Shown piece by piece: positions 47,301 to 57,151 of a stretch of DNA of 64,000 nt. A program made the position numbers and the translations under genes. Source of the DNA: an uncultured virus (IMG/VR IMGVR_UViG_3300020180_000011) (lineage: Duplodnaviria > Heunggongvirae > Uroviricota > Caudoviricetes); IMG/VR virus record IMGVR_UViG_3300020180_000011; one strand, 5' to 3'. Under the pieces are notes generated by a model that was given only the letters and a program-made list of their open reading frames with translations, made no database searches and had not been told where the DNA came from. The first letter of the stretch is position 1. Every line of letters begins with the position of its first letter.

Positions 47301-50009
47301 TTATTCAGCACAACTAGTACAAGTAATCTCGCAAGCCCCAGTAGGGACATCTTCCTCCGGAAAAAAGAAATCTCCATCCAGTAAGTCGCCATCTAAATCT
47401 TGGGCGATACTGGTCTTATCAGCATACCCTTGTTCAGTCATCATCCGGTAGTAGGTAGTGACCAGAGGACTAGCCAACCAGTCCTTAAGCCAAACCATGT
47501 CTACTTCACATTGATTCCAAATATTAGCAGAGATGCTATGAGCAAGCCCTGTAGCTTCCATAAATGTCTGCCAAACCTTCAGCAAGCGATAGTAGACATC
47601 CCAACCTACTTCTTCAGCCGTTTCAACATTAAGCGGGTAAAAATACTCGACTGCTCCGAAAGTGTCACTATCTCGGATTGTAGCTTTTGTAACTGGATGA
47701 CAGATAGGTGGGCTAATCTCAGGCGCAGTAGTAAATCCATTAACGTCCTTATATTTGAAACTGCACGTTGCTGTAGGGGCAACACAGAATGCTCTATCCA
47801 TATTGTACGAACGAGCTACTTCTGCAGCGTCTTTGAACCCCTGCAATAGATTAGATACAATGATTGCTGCCTTGGTGGAACTCTTTCCGTCAGCTTCCTT
47901 AGTATGAGTAAAATGCAGCCCATAATCTAGTAAGTCAATCTCTGCATCATTTGCCTTAGCAATTACTTTTTCTGACTCTTCTACAAATTGCTTGTAAGTA
48001 ACACCTTGATTGGCTAAGAAGTTAGCTAAACCCAGCACTCCTAGCCCTACCTGCCTATCTTGGTCAGGAGTTAGATACATATTACCTTTACCTGCCCCAG
48101 TGATGGCATGAAGCTCACAGAGCGCTGTCATAGCAGATGACATTTCTTCAGGAATCTCTTCAGGAGAGAGAGCACCTAGATTATTGTGCATTAGCAGACA
48201 ACTACCTCGGTGTGGAAGCAGAATTTCTAGGCAGTTAGATACGATAATGCCGTTAGCATCAAATTTGTGTACATCAGAGATAGATGCATCAAAAGTTTCT
48301 TGCTTGCCATCATATTCTACAGATTCCACTGTACATGTAAAGTTAGGAGCGTACGCCTTCTCTTTGCAGTAACCCTGCAATAGACTCAGCAACTTAGATT
48401 GCTTAGCAGGATGATTAAATCCCACTAGCTCAGAAAATATAGTCATATTGTATCTCCCTGAAATAATCAACCTGTAAGTCTGGTTGCAGTTATATTCTTT
48501 ACTTCCTCCTTTACCATCAGGCAATGTGTAATAACCTGACGGTTGCCCTTTCGATAGGCTAGATTTAATGCCAAGACGTAGTAGCATTCTCTGAACGGCG
48601 TAGATATTACTTACCTCTACTGAGCTAAGAGAGATACTTTTGCCATTATATCTGTCATCACTTCTCTGAACAGTGGCATCAGCATCGTAGTATCCTCGAA
48701 GAAATCCTCTATAGAAATCCTTGCTAGATTTTTCTACTGCTGGCGTAATTTTTTTGTTGCCTTTAGTAATGTCGTAACCTGCGGCTAATTCCCCTAATTT
48801 AGAGCTATTAATTAAACAGAAGTCATCGGTAACGTATTTAGTAGGCAAGCCGTAGTTTCTATTATTGGAGCCAATAACCTCACCTAAAGCATGGATACTC
48901 TTTACAGCGTAAGCCGATTCAACCTCTTTAAACTCGCCCCAAAACTTTAGCTGTGCGCTAGTGTCGGAATAAAAAGTACCATCGCCGCACAAAGACCCAA
49001 GCATCCACCCCTCTTCAAAAGAGCCATTCCCTGTCCAATTTAGATTAGAGACTTTACTAAGTACTACTTTGTCAGAGGAAGTTAGTCTGCCCAGCTCTTT
49101 TAGTCCTTCAGTAGTCTGTACTAGATGATTAGCGGTTGCTCGTAATTTGTACCCTTCTTTGGTGGTTAGCTCATAAATATCATTGATTCCTGTACTAAAG
49201 AAACCAATGTATCCGCTAGGTTCTACTACCTCTAACTCCTCATGCACTACAGGAGGGGATACAGACACGTAGCTAGCGTCATTTACATGAGCATGGAAAG
49301 TAGTACCTAACAAGTCACTGACCTGTCTAGCACCCTCTGAGGTCATAATCCAAGTATCATTGGTTACGCAGACCTGAGAATATAGACGGTTGCCTGCGGC
49401 GTCCCAATTCTTTTTAGCTAGCCAGATTGTGCCATCGCGTACTTTGTCCAAGATTGCGGGTAGATTGGGGTTCTTTAGAATAGTAGATTCTTCTACATAC
49501 AAAGCTTTCTTAATGTAAGCAAATTCAGCTCCTTGTGCCCCTAGAAATAACAGCAAGTCAGGATGGTCTGCATCTAGATACACCACACATGCGCCACCTT
49601 TGTATAGACCTCCTCTACGTAGAATTTTATTGAAGTCAGAGTAGATTTCCATAAAACTAACTGGCCCTGACGCCTTTAACCCCATCTTATTTAATGAGTC
49701 TGCAGGACGCAGTTTGGATAGGTCAATAGCTACACCAGCCCCATAGCGCAGATTCTTGGACAAGTATAGCCAGCTCTCCTCGATGCTGTCTGTACCCTCC
49801 ATGCTGTCCTCTACAGAGAACACAGTACATGATACTGGTAGACGACCAGTAGGTTCATCTAGCCAGCTCTGCACTCGTCCTGTAACTGCGTGTGATTTAT
49901 GTGCATAGATTAGAGAGAGAACTTTCTTTTTAACTCTAGAAGATGGTCGGTACTTATAGATTAGCGAGAAGACTTTCTTTTTGATGTATTGAATGATTCG
50001 GTTAGTCAT
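47301..50009 (-). CDS. nrdA: Class I ribonucleotide reductase alpha subunit, intein-containing
   Basis: PVSCTV, LSKLRP, ASGPVSF, CLEILLPHRGSCLL, APTATCS, TTYY Tyr pair, C-terminal CxxC. Confidence 0.92.
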   Translation of the reverse strand: MTNRIIQYIKKKVFSLIYKYRPSSRVKKKVLSLIYAHKSHAVTGRVQSWLDEPTGRLPVSCTVFSVEDSMEGTDSIEESWLYLSKNLRYGAGVAIDLSKLRPADSLNKMGLKASGPVSFMEIYSDFNKILRRGGLYKGGACVVYLDADHPDLLLFLGAQGAEFAYIKKALYVEESTILKNPNLPAILDKVRDGTIWLAKKNWDAAGNRLYSQVCVTNDTWIMTSEGARQVSDLLGTTFHAHVNDASYVSVSPPVVHEELEVVEPSGYIGFFSTGINDIYELTTKEGYKLRATANHLVQTTEGLKELGRLTSSDKVVLSKVSNLNWTGNGSFEEGWMLGSLCGDGTFYSDTSAQLKFWGEFKEVESAYAVKSIHALGEVIGSNNRNYGLPTKYVTDDFCLINSSKLGELAAGYDITKGNKKITPAVEKSSKDFYRGFLRGYYDADATVQRSDDRYNGKSISLSSVEVSNIYAVQRMLLRLGIKSSLSKGQPSGYYTLPDGKGGSKEYNCNQTYRLIISGRYNMTIFSELVGFNHPAKQSKLLSLLQGYCKEKAYAPNFTCTVESVEYDGKQETFDASISDVHKFDANGIIVSNCLEILLPHRGSCLLMHNNLGALSPEEIPEEMSSAMTALCELHAITGAGKGNMYLTPDQDRQVGLGVLGLANFLANQGVTYKQFVEESEKVIAKANDAEIDLLDYGLHFTHTKEADGKSSTKAAIIVSNLLQGFKDAAEVARSYNMDRAFCVAPTATCSFKYKDVNGFTTAPEISPPICHPVTKATIRDSDTFGAVEYFYPLNVETAEEVGWDVYYRLLKVWQTFMEATGLAHSISANIWNQCEVDMVWLKDWLASPLVTTYYRMMTEQGYADKTSIAQDLDGDLLDGDFFFPEEDVPTGACEITCTSCAE
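48234..49370 (-). mobile_element. Intein (379 aa) with LAGLIDADG homing endonuclease
   Basis: Starts CVTNDT; block B LRATANH; WMLGSLCGDG and FLRGYYDADA; ends FDANGIIVSN followed by Cys +1. Confidence 0.92.
49905..49982 (-). repeat. 27-bp imperfect direct repeat (51-bp period) at the 5' end of RNR alpha
   Basis: Encodes KKKVFSLIY and KKKVLSLIY. Confidence 0.7.
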
Positions 50010-50202
50010 GAATTCTTGTTAGTCCTACGAAGAAAGATTTAGATAGAATGTTTTCTACCTTGTGTACTGCATCTGGGTTAGCTGCTACATGCTCAGCTAA
50101 CTCTACTTCTAAAATTCTATTCGGTTTAATAACCACAAAAAGAGGTAACCCAGTCTTAGTTAGCACCTCTCTGTATGTATAGTGTAGCTTGACTTGGGAC
50201 AT
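50002..50202 (-). CDS. Small hypothetical protein
   Basis: Overlaps the nrdA start. Confidence 0.55.
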   Translation of the reverse strand: MSQVKLHYTYREVLTKTGLPLFVVIKPNRILEVELAEHVAANPDAVHKVENILSKSFFVGLTRIHD

Positions 50203-50263
50203 GTGTCTAGGTCTTTTAAGGTTATAATTTAGTCGTAAAGCATACTAACACATTCCACTATTT

Positions 50264-50557
50264 ATGGCTAGGCTTTTTGCTAAAGGAAATAGAATCCAAG
50301 ATTTAATCAGAGTAGGAGAAGCGGCTTCTGTTCCTGTAGGTATTGGAGGTCTACTCATTGCGGATAAATCCACACGACAACAGACTAAAAACCTCGACAA
50401 ACAAGAAAAGCTAGCTGATAAATTGAATGCAAATCCTAGACTAAGAGATGCATTTGCTACTGCTGCTGACCCCAAACTAAAAGAAGCCTTAAAAACCCCT
50501 CGTGAGGAAATTCTACCTCCTACTCTACCTCCTAATTCCTTACGGCAACGACGCTAG
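50264..50557 (+). CDS. Basic protein with a Gly-rich hydrophobic segment, inverted within the replication block
   Basis: VPVGIGGLLIA followed by a basic tail; own TATAAT at 50223-50228. Confidence 0.6.
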   Translation: MARLFAKGNRIQDLIRVGEAASVPVGIGGLLIADKSTRQQTKNLDKQEKLADKLNANPRLRDAFATAADPKLKEALKTPREEILPPTLPPNSLRQRR

Positions 50558-50718
50558 TAATACAACCAGTATTTATGATTACCCAATACCTCTAGCTCTG
50601 CGCCTTGCTTGTTTAGCTTGCGCATTTTTCTAGTAAGTATTTTCATACCTAGCTTATCTACACAGTCAGGGTAATCTATGAAGGTAGGTCTCTTAATCCA
50701 GTTGCGCTTATTAGCCAT
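50554..50718 (-). CDS. Small basic hypothetical protein (54 aa)
   Basis: MANKRNWIKRPTF...; convergent stop overlap with the 50264 gene; not in the ORF track. Confidence 0.45.
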   Translation of the reverse strand: MANKRNWIKRPTFIDYPDCVDKLGMKILTRKMRKLNKQGAELEVLGNHKYWLYY

Positions 50719-50758
50719 AATTTGTAGCTGCTTTATTCTGGTGATACTTTAAATCATA

Positions 50759-52621
50759 TTACTTATCCGCTAAGTTTGTTTGAATCTTGACTTCTGCTTC
50801 GATAGGGCAAAGCTTGAGCACATATTTAGCTGCACCAATCATATGCCTCTCTAGCAGCTCAGAAGCTAGGGCTGACAAATGCTCTACAACCTCTAGTACA
50901 ATCTCATCGTGAATGGTGAACACAGGCATGATATCCCAACTTTGGGTAGGAGAATATCCTAAGTCGTATAACTCCTCATAGATAAGACACATAGCTAACT
51001 TGGTGATATCAGCAGATGTGCCCTGAATACCATGATTGGACAATCCCGTAGTTCCTTGATACTCATCCCAGTACCTAGGTCGGTTAAAGGGAGGTAGAGT
51101 ATAGGCTACAGGATTCTGTTTGATAGCAGGAGTAGCAAACGTAGCATGGTACAGCAGCAGACCTGGGTAAGCTGTTACATAGTTGTCATAGTGAGCATAT
51201 GCCTCTTCTTTGGTCATAGAAACGTTATAGCTTTGCTTGCTATAATTCTTTAGTTTAGCCGCCTTCATCCCATAGTTAGTACCGAGTCTGATAGGCTTAG
51301 CAATTTGACGTAAAGGTTTGTATTGCGGTAGTAATTTACCGTTCTCAAACATATCGTCATAGTTATAGCCCATCAGTAAAGCACCCGTGTTTACATAGGG
51401 GTCTTTTTTGTTTAGAAACTCGTCAAGCATGGAGCTATCGCCAGTCATCAGGTAGATAACTTCTGCCATAACTCTTAGTTCGATTTGGCTATAGTCTGCT
51501 GCTACATACACGTAGCCTGGTTTTGGCTGAAATGCCTCCTTAATAGTTGCTTCATTGTCGGAACTAGGTCTCGGAATATTTTGCAGATTTGGGCAAGAGC
51601 TTGAAAATCTACCAGTTCTAATCATCTGACTGTAGCTGGTATGAATCCTGCCTGTTACAGGATTAACCATCTTAGGCAGACTATAGATATATCCGCTTAG
51701 TAACTTAGATGCTTTCTTGAAAGTCATCAAAGCGTCTAGTACTGGATAGTCATCTAAGTCTAGTAACTTAAATACGTTAGAGCCAGTAGATTGAATTAAT
51801 GTGTCTGGTTCGTCAGGGTCAGGAATTCCTAAGTCTTGAAGAACTTTAAGCATCTGGACAGGACTATTTAAGTTTAGTCCTGTGTCAATAATCTCTCCCT
51901 GTAGATTGTACTTAACATATCTATCCTTTACATGACCTAAGAACTCTTCCTTAGCCTTCTCCTGTTTCTTCTCAAATACAGGAGCCATAGCTTCTAGTTG
52001 CTCAATATTGCAATATGCGCCATTAAACTCCATAGCTGCTGTAGCAAACAAGCACCTGTGCTCCAGCTTAAACACGTTCTGAAGCTTGTTAGACTCAATA
52101 GCACTCATCAGTACTGGATACAGCTTCCTAACAATTACAGCGTCCACAGCTGCATACTTTAGCTGGCTTTCAGACAACTCCTGCACTGACCAATCTGACT
52201 TTTGTTCTTCCTTAGCTACTATGATGTCTAAATATCTAGCAGCAATATCATCTAAGCCAAAGTTTACAGCAAACCCAGACTCTAGAATCTTTGCAGATAG
52301 CATAGTGTCCATGACATTAACGAACTCTGGGTCAATGCCATTAGCCCACAGGAATTGAATGTCAAACTTTAGGTTCTGGCCTACTAAAGTTATGTCAGCT
52401 CTAGTCTGCAATAAAGCATTTACATCTCTAAATACATTAGGGATAGTAAAACAATCTAGGATATACGTAGTCTGCTCTATGCAAAACTGCATAAGCCGTA
52501 ACTTGTCTGACCTAGCAGATAATCCAGTAGTCTCAGAATCATAGCCAAAGATAGTATCTGTAGCAGATGAATAAGCGGCCTTTAACTCGTCAATCGACTC
52601 TGTTAAATACCTGATTTTCAT
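50759..52621 (-). CDS. polA: Family A DNA polymerase with 3'-5' exonuclease
   Basis: DSETTGL, NLKFD, YAAVD, TGRFSSSCPNLQNIP, ADYSQIELR, RQIAKPIRLGTNYG, IHDEIV. Confidence 0.95.
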   Translation of the reverse strand: MKIRYLTESIDELKAAYSSATDTIFGYDSETTGLSARSDKLRLMQFCIEQTTYILDCFTIPNVFRDVNALLQTRADITLVGQNLKFDIQFLWANGIDPEFVNVMDTMLSAKILESGFAVNFGLDDIAARYLDIIVAKEEQKSDWSVQELSESQLKYAAVDAVIVRKLYPVLMSAIESNKLQNVFKLEHRCLFATAAMEFNGAYCNIEQLEAMAPVFEKKQEKAKEEFLGHVKDRYVKYNLQGEIIDTGLNLNSPVQMLKVLQDLGIPDPDEPDTLIQSTGSNVFKLLDLDDYPVLDALMTFKKASKLLSGYIYSLPKMVNPVTGRIHTSYSQMIRTGRFSSSCPNLQNIPRPSSDNEATIKEAFQPKPGYVYVAADYSQIELRVMAEVIYLMTGDSSMLDEFLNKKDPYVNTGALLMGYNYDDMFENGKLLPQYKPLRQIAKPIRLGTNYGMKAAKLKNYSKQSYNVSMTKEEAYAHYDNYVTAYPGLLLYHATFATPAIKQNPVAYTLPPFNRPRYWDEYQGTTGLSNHGIQGTSADITKLAMCLIYEELYDLGYSPTQSWDIMPVFTIHDEIVLEVVEHLSALASELLERHMIGAAKYVLKLCPIEAEVKIQTNLADK

Positions 52622-52677
52622 AGTCTTTGATGAATACCATAAGGGTTAGCGCGTCTAGACATTTTTCTATCGTTGCT

Positions 52678-52875
52678 TTAGATACTGTCTGTTTCTTCAC
52701 TTAACAACTCCTGATACCTTTGTTTAATTTGACTTTCATCAAGAGCATAGTACCCATACATAACCATACTAGATACCGCTTCCGATAATAAAGAATCAAG
52801 AACCCTCTCGTGCTTAGTCATAGTTAACCTTAGCTCTGCCCTACGATTTGCCATAACACTAGCTATGTAGGACAT
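52678..52875 (-). CDS. Small hypothetical protein
   Basis: Packed ORF. Confidence 0.5.
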   Translation of the reverse strand: MSYIASVMANRRAELRLTMTKHERVLDSLLSEAVSSMVMYGYYALDESQIKQRYQELLSEETDSI

Positions 52876-52876
52876 G

Positions 52877-54601
52877 TTAACCCCTAATAATACTTAGTTG
52901 GCGGTCGTCTGGGTCATACTCATCATCTTCTTCTTCTGCATCATCGTCGTCAATGAAAAAGTCTGTGCCCATAATATCTTCAAGAGCTACAACTACTGGT
53001 TCTTCTTCAATTAGCTCTACTAGATATTCTCCTAACTCTGTCTCTAGTACAGGAGTGTCTACACCTTCAATAATGTACTTAGTAGTGTACAAGCTAGCTT
53101 TGTTAGCAGGCTTGACCACAGTGTGCATACCTCCTTTGTATAGGACGATATCTCCTTCTACGTAAAGGTATCGTTTAGCTAGTGTATCTGCGAGGTCTTT
53201 CTCTGGGCCTAGTAGGTAGGCAATAGCTTTATTGATTCGCTCCTTATCCCAACCCATAAATAAGTCTTGCAATTCCTTCTTAGTACAGCAACGAATAACC
53301 ATATTGGCATCTAGTACCGAGGGGTCAAACGTATCTCTAATAGACGAGGAATTAACTAGCCACTCATTACCTTCAGGGAAAAAATACTTAAATCCTCCTC
53401 GGTATTTAGAACCAATTAGCTGACTACTATTCAAAAACTCTAAGCATTTTCTGAATTCCCCGTCTCCTAGAGATACTCCGATACCTGTGGCTATTTCTGC
53501 AATAGTAAACTTTTTGTCTGTAGACATATTCTGATACAAGAACCTCAGAATTTTACCTGTAGAAGGATGCCCAATAGGACTATCTTCCCAAATTTTCTCT
53601 AGTCCCCACATACCAGTGTCACTTGGCTTAATACGATAAGTGATTGTAATGGGCGTACCGTCCCTAGGAAGAGTCTTCAGAGTAATCAGTGGCCCATCTT
53701 CCGTTTCCTCTCGTCTAAGGCCAATAAGACCGCTTGTAGCAGAGCTGAGAGATGTATGACCAGACATACTATCCACCAATGAGTAATCGCTACCTCCTTT
53801 GGCGCCAGCTTTGTTCATATGGTGAACAAGTACACCACAAGTATTTGTGGTATTAAATACCTGCTGCAACCTGTACACAAGCTTGCCAAACTCCCCACTG
53901 TTCTCGCTATGAGGACTATTAATGCTGCTCATGCGCAACGAATCAATGATAACCAAAGAAGGCTCATACTCTTTGATTTTCTTGATTAGCCATCCTATGT
54001 CGTATAGTAGGTCAAACTTACGCTCAATCAGTACCTGGTCGCCAAAGTTCACAGTAAGGCTAGTGTCGTCATCTAGCATGTCCCCGAAACCCGATAGGAA
54101 TAGCCGTTCAGCAATAGTTCCTGGTGGCTCTTCTAGCTGAATGTATAATACTTTTCCTTTCTGCGTTGGCCTACCAAGAAACTTACCACTAATGGCTACA
54201 GAGTACATCAGAAAATAGATGAGCAAAGACTTACCTACTTTAGGAAGACCTGCAATTATATACAAACCGCAAGTCCTGAGCAAATTAGGAACTAGCCAGT
54301 TAGAGGTGTCATCATAATGCTGCATTGCCTGCTTAAGAGTAAAGCTTGTCACCATATCAGATACAGGAGCTTGAATATCTCCTATATGCTGGTTAATTTG
54401 GGTCTTATCAAAGCCTAGTAAGGGACTCCACTTCTCTATGAGCTTATTCATAAAGAAGTTCTTTTGGATAGTGCTAGTCTTTTTGTCGCTAATTACCTTG
54501 ATGTACCCTCTTAAATCCTCATCGTAGTAGTTGAATAGCTCTTTGTTCTGCTCTGCATCAAAATTAATCGGAAATAACTCGTTGGGCGATAGTCTAGTCA
54601 A
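52877..54601 (-). CDS. RepA-like (AAA_25/SF4) replicative helicase
   Basis: WLVPNLL, GLPKVGKS Walker A, VLYIQLEE, IIDSL, HHMNK; downstream of primase. Confidence 0.8.
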   Translation of the reverse strand: MTRLSPNELFPINFDAEQNKELFNYYDEDLRGYIKVISDKKTSTIQKNFFMNKLIEKWSPLLGFDKTQINQHIGDIQAPVSDMVTSFTLKQAMQHYDDTSNWLVPNLLRTCGLYIIAGLPKVGKSLLIYFLMYSVAISGKFLGRPTQKGKVLYIQLEEPPGTIAERLFLSGFGDMLDDDTSLTVNFGDQVLIERKFDLLYDIGWLIKKIKEYEPSLVIIDSLRMSSINSPHSENSGEFGKLVYRLQQVFNTTNTCGVLVHHMNKAGAKGGSDYSLVDSMSGHTSLSSATSGLIGLRREETEDGPLITLKTLPRDGTPITITYRIKPSDTGMWGLEKIWEDSPIGHPSTGKILRFLYQNMSTDKKFTIAEIATGIGVSLGDGEFRKCLEFLNSSQLIGSKYRGGFKYFFPEGNEWLVNSSSIRDTFDPSVLDANMVIRCCTKKELQDLFMGWDKERINKAIAYLLGPEKDLADTLAKRYLYVEGDIVLYKGGMHTVVKPANKASLYTTKYIIEGVDTPVLETELGEYLVELIEEEPVVVALEDIMGTDFFIDDDDAEEEDDEYDPDDRQLSIIRG

Positions 54602-55499
54602 AGTTCAGAACCTTAGTGTAATTCTTGCTATTAATTAAATTATAGTCGTATGCATCAGCAATATCAAAACCAGATTTAGCAGAATATTGCGAGGTAGAAA
54701 AAAGGTCAGATGTGTTGATATACTTAGCCCCTACGCCACGTAACCATAAAGATTTGATTACCTTACTAGCTTTTGCTACACCGGGAACATCATTGTCAGC
54801 TAGGTACATAACATTTCTTAAACCTTGAGTGTGCATCATGTAAAATAACTTATCCAAGTAAGAATCTTGCCAGAATTTAACATGTACAGTTATACATGCT
54901 ATACCTAGTTTGTGTAACGTATCTGCACATTTCTCTCCCTCAACCATAAACAGATTGGGTTGAAGATACTTACTCTGGTAGATAGGTAGACTAGTTAATT
55001 TACTGGGAACATCTTGAACCTCTAGTCCTTGCTCATCGTAGTACGCAGTAAACAGGAACTTCTCATCCTGCCTATCTACTCTCTTTACTTGAAAGTCCTC
55101 ATAAGCATAAACCGTAAGTTTTTCTACCGTAGACGTTTGGATGACTACAGGTGGAACATACTCACAAGTAGTTGTGTAGTCTGCAATGTTTGTAGTGGAC
55201 AAATGCACAGGTCTAACTATCTGGGCTAGCGATGAGGTAGACCTAAACACTTGAGACTTACTAAAGGGCGTCTTTTGCTGAAATGGGGTGCGTTTGTACT
55301 TGTATAGCTTTTCTCGTATCTTATTTACACCGTTAATGCTGTGACATTCTTCGGTGTAACAAGCATACGCTCCTCTCTTAGGCTCACTATTGGATATTTT
55401 TAATTTACCTGAGCATATAGGACAAGCAGCTAGTATCCATGAGCCATTTTCTTTCACATCCTCTAACTCGTCTAAATGGTCAAGAATGTTAAAAGACAT
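54594..55499 (-). CDS. DNA primase (Zn finger + TOPRIM)
   Basis: CPIC...CYTEEC; VEGEKCAD; LADNDVPG; GFDIAD. Confidence 0.85.
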   Translation of the reverse strand: MSFNILDHLDELEDVKENGSWILAACPICSGKLKISNSEPKRGAYACYTEECHSINGVNKIREKLYKYKRTPFQQKTPFSKSQVFRSTSSLAQIVRPVHLSTTNIADYTTTCEYVPPVVIQTSTVEKLTVYAYEDFQVKRVDRQDEKFLFTAYYDEQGLEVQDVPSKLTSLPIYQSKYLQPNLFMVEGEKCADTLHKLGIACITVHVKFWQDSYLDKLFYMMHTQGLRNVMYLADNDVPGVAKASKVIKSLWLRGVGAKYINTSDLFSTSQYSAKSGFDIADAYDYNLINSKNYTKVLNFD

Positions 55500-55505
55500 A
55501 AGTAT

Positions 55506-55805
55506 CTACCAGGCTAAGTCAATAACATAATACCCTGAAGGAAATACTCCATCATTAATTAGTTGCTGGATAAATAGATAAGGGCAGTATGCATAGTAGC
55601 CCTGCTCTATTGCAGAAAATATAGTTTGATTATCCCACTCATCTAACTCTTCCGCACAGATAAACCCTAACCACTCTGTCCTATCTTCATAATTAGGCTC
55701 TATTTTAAAAAGAACGCCAGGACTCCAATGATTAGAGATTTGTTCCTCCATATCTAAGTTGGTCAGAAAATACACGTCACAATTAATCTTTTTAGGGTCG
55801 TACAT
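55506..55805 (-). CDS. Hypothetical protein
   Basis: Packed ORF ending GYYVIDLAW. Confidence 0.6.
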   Translation of the reverse strand: MYDPKKINCDVYFLTNLDMEEQISNHWSPGVLFKIEPNYEDRTEWLGFICAEELDEWDNQTIFSAIEQGYYAYCPYLFIQQLINDGVFPSGYYVIDLAW

Positions 55806-55806
55806 C

Positions 55807-56634
55807 TTAATCCTCTACTTGGTGATTAATGGGCAGTAACAGGTGAGGCATATTTGAACTAACTTCCATTGAGTCTTCATCATAGGACAAACTAGCTTCA
55901 GACACAAGCTCTTTCCAAGTCTTGTTTATTGGTCTAATACGATAATAATCATGGAGCATGTCATTGAAGATGTTCCAGTAGAATTCAATATGCTGCCTAT
56001 CTAGATAAAGTAGCTTACAAGTGGTTTTAGTGACCACTACGACCATTGAACCATCTACTTGATAGTCTGATAGGCTACTTACTGCATGGGCGTATGCTGC
56101 CCCTTGTAGACAGTATTTGAAGATGTAATCAACTCTATCCAATCGTACAGGCTTTCGCTTAGTCTTGAGGTCAGCAATCACTACTAATTCCTTCAGTGGC
56201 TCATAAGGAAAACTGTTGTACCTAAATGCGCCTGCCTCTACAGTTAATAATTGGTCTAGTCTTCCTGCAAATCTAATTACAGGGTTACTAGGGTCTTCGT
56301 ATAGAAAAGCTTCCTCAACTAAGAGTGCTGAACATTTACCGTAGAAGTTATTGATTGCATTAGTTGCATAGGGAGTTAAATCTTCCCCAATATTACCTGA
56401 TTCTAGATACTCCTCAATCTGCGTATGGGAAAGCTTACCTACAGCAATACTATCTTGTGTAATCTTGTTAGCTGCCTCTAAGCCTTCTTTTTTCTGCCAT
56501 GCTCTTAGATTTGTCTGGTCTTCAAAGTAGCTGAGCAGTGTAGTTGTACTAATGTATGGCAGACCATCATCTGAGTAGTAGAATCGTCTGCCGTCATGCT
56601 GTGTATCTTCTTTGACAATTGGTTTACCCAGCAT
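55807..56634 (-). CDS. PD-(D/E)XK exonuclease
   Basis: GRRFY, YISTTTLL, FAGRLD, ADLKT, YCLQGAAYA. Confidence 0.85.
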   Translation of the reverse strand: MLGKPIVKEDTQHDGRRFYYSDDGLPYISTTTLLSYFEDQTNLRAWQKKEGLEAANKITQDSIAVGKLSHTQIEEYLESGNIGEDLTPYATNAINNFYGKCSALLVEEAFLYEDPSNPVIRFAGRLDQLLTVEAGAFRYNSFPYEPLKELVVIADLKTKRKPVRLDRVDYIFKYCLQGAAYAHAVSSLSDYQVDGSMVVVVTKTTCKLLYLDRQHIEFYWNIFNDMLHDYYRIRPINKTWKELVSEASLSYDEDSMEVSSNMPHLLLPINHQVED

Positions 56635-57151
56635 CAGCCTTCTCCCATTTACGCCACATGTTATGTATAATCATCTTTGGTTGTTTCTTTGACGCGTACA
56701 TTAAGCAGTTATATGTACCTCCCTTAGCTACGCCATCAAATAAGGCTAGTAGAATATCTGAGTTATCTACCAAGTATTTGTTCCTAGTGTCTAACGCTTT
56801 GCTTACTTCCCACTTCTTATCTAAATTCACCTCATCTGTAACTACTACGTACTCTGCAGATAAATCCAACAACTGCCTATACAATCGTCTATACGAATAA
56901 GTCCAAGTAGAGTCAAAATCATTAAATGGTATGACAGCAACTACAGGAATCTTTAGTTGTAGTGCCGCCATACCTAATGCATAATCGTAACCCATAGCCA
57001 TACCCGTAAGCACCCTGTCTACAGAGAACTTATAAGATAGAAGAGATAACTCTGTAGTTACTGCGTCAATTAAGAGAGGTAGTCTAGTACTTTCAAAATT
57101 AGCCCAACCACCTAATTTAGCTGGCCGATGTCCTGTACCCGTTAAAATCAT
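56624..57151 (-). CDS. YspA/DUF1273-like SLOG-fold protein
   Basis: TGHRP, GMAMGYD, RNKYLVDNSD...FDG...GGTYN. Confidence 0.85.
   Translation of the reverse strand: MILTGTGHRPAKLGGWANFESTRLPLLIDAVTTELSLLSYKFSVDRVLTGMAMGYDYALGMAALQLKIPVVAVIPFNDFDSTWTYSYRRLYRQLLDLSAEYVVVTDEVNLDKKWEVSKALDTRNKYLVDNSDILLALFDGVAKGGTYNCLMYASKKQPKMIIHNMWRKWEKADAG

Noticed and set aside
47301..50009. Class II (NrdJ) assignment for the RNR
   Set aside because: The YY radical-transfer pair and a nearby ferritin-like beta gene indicate class I
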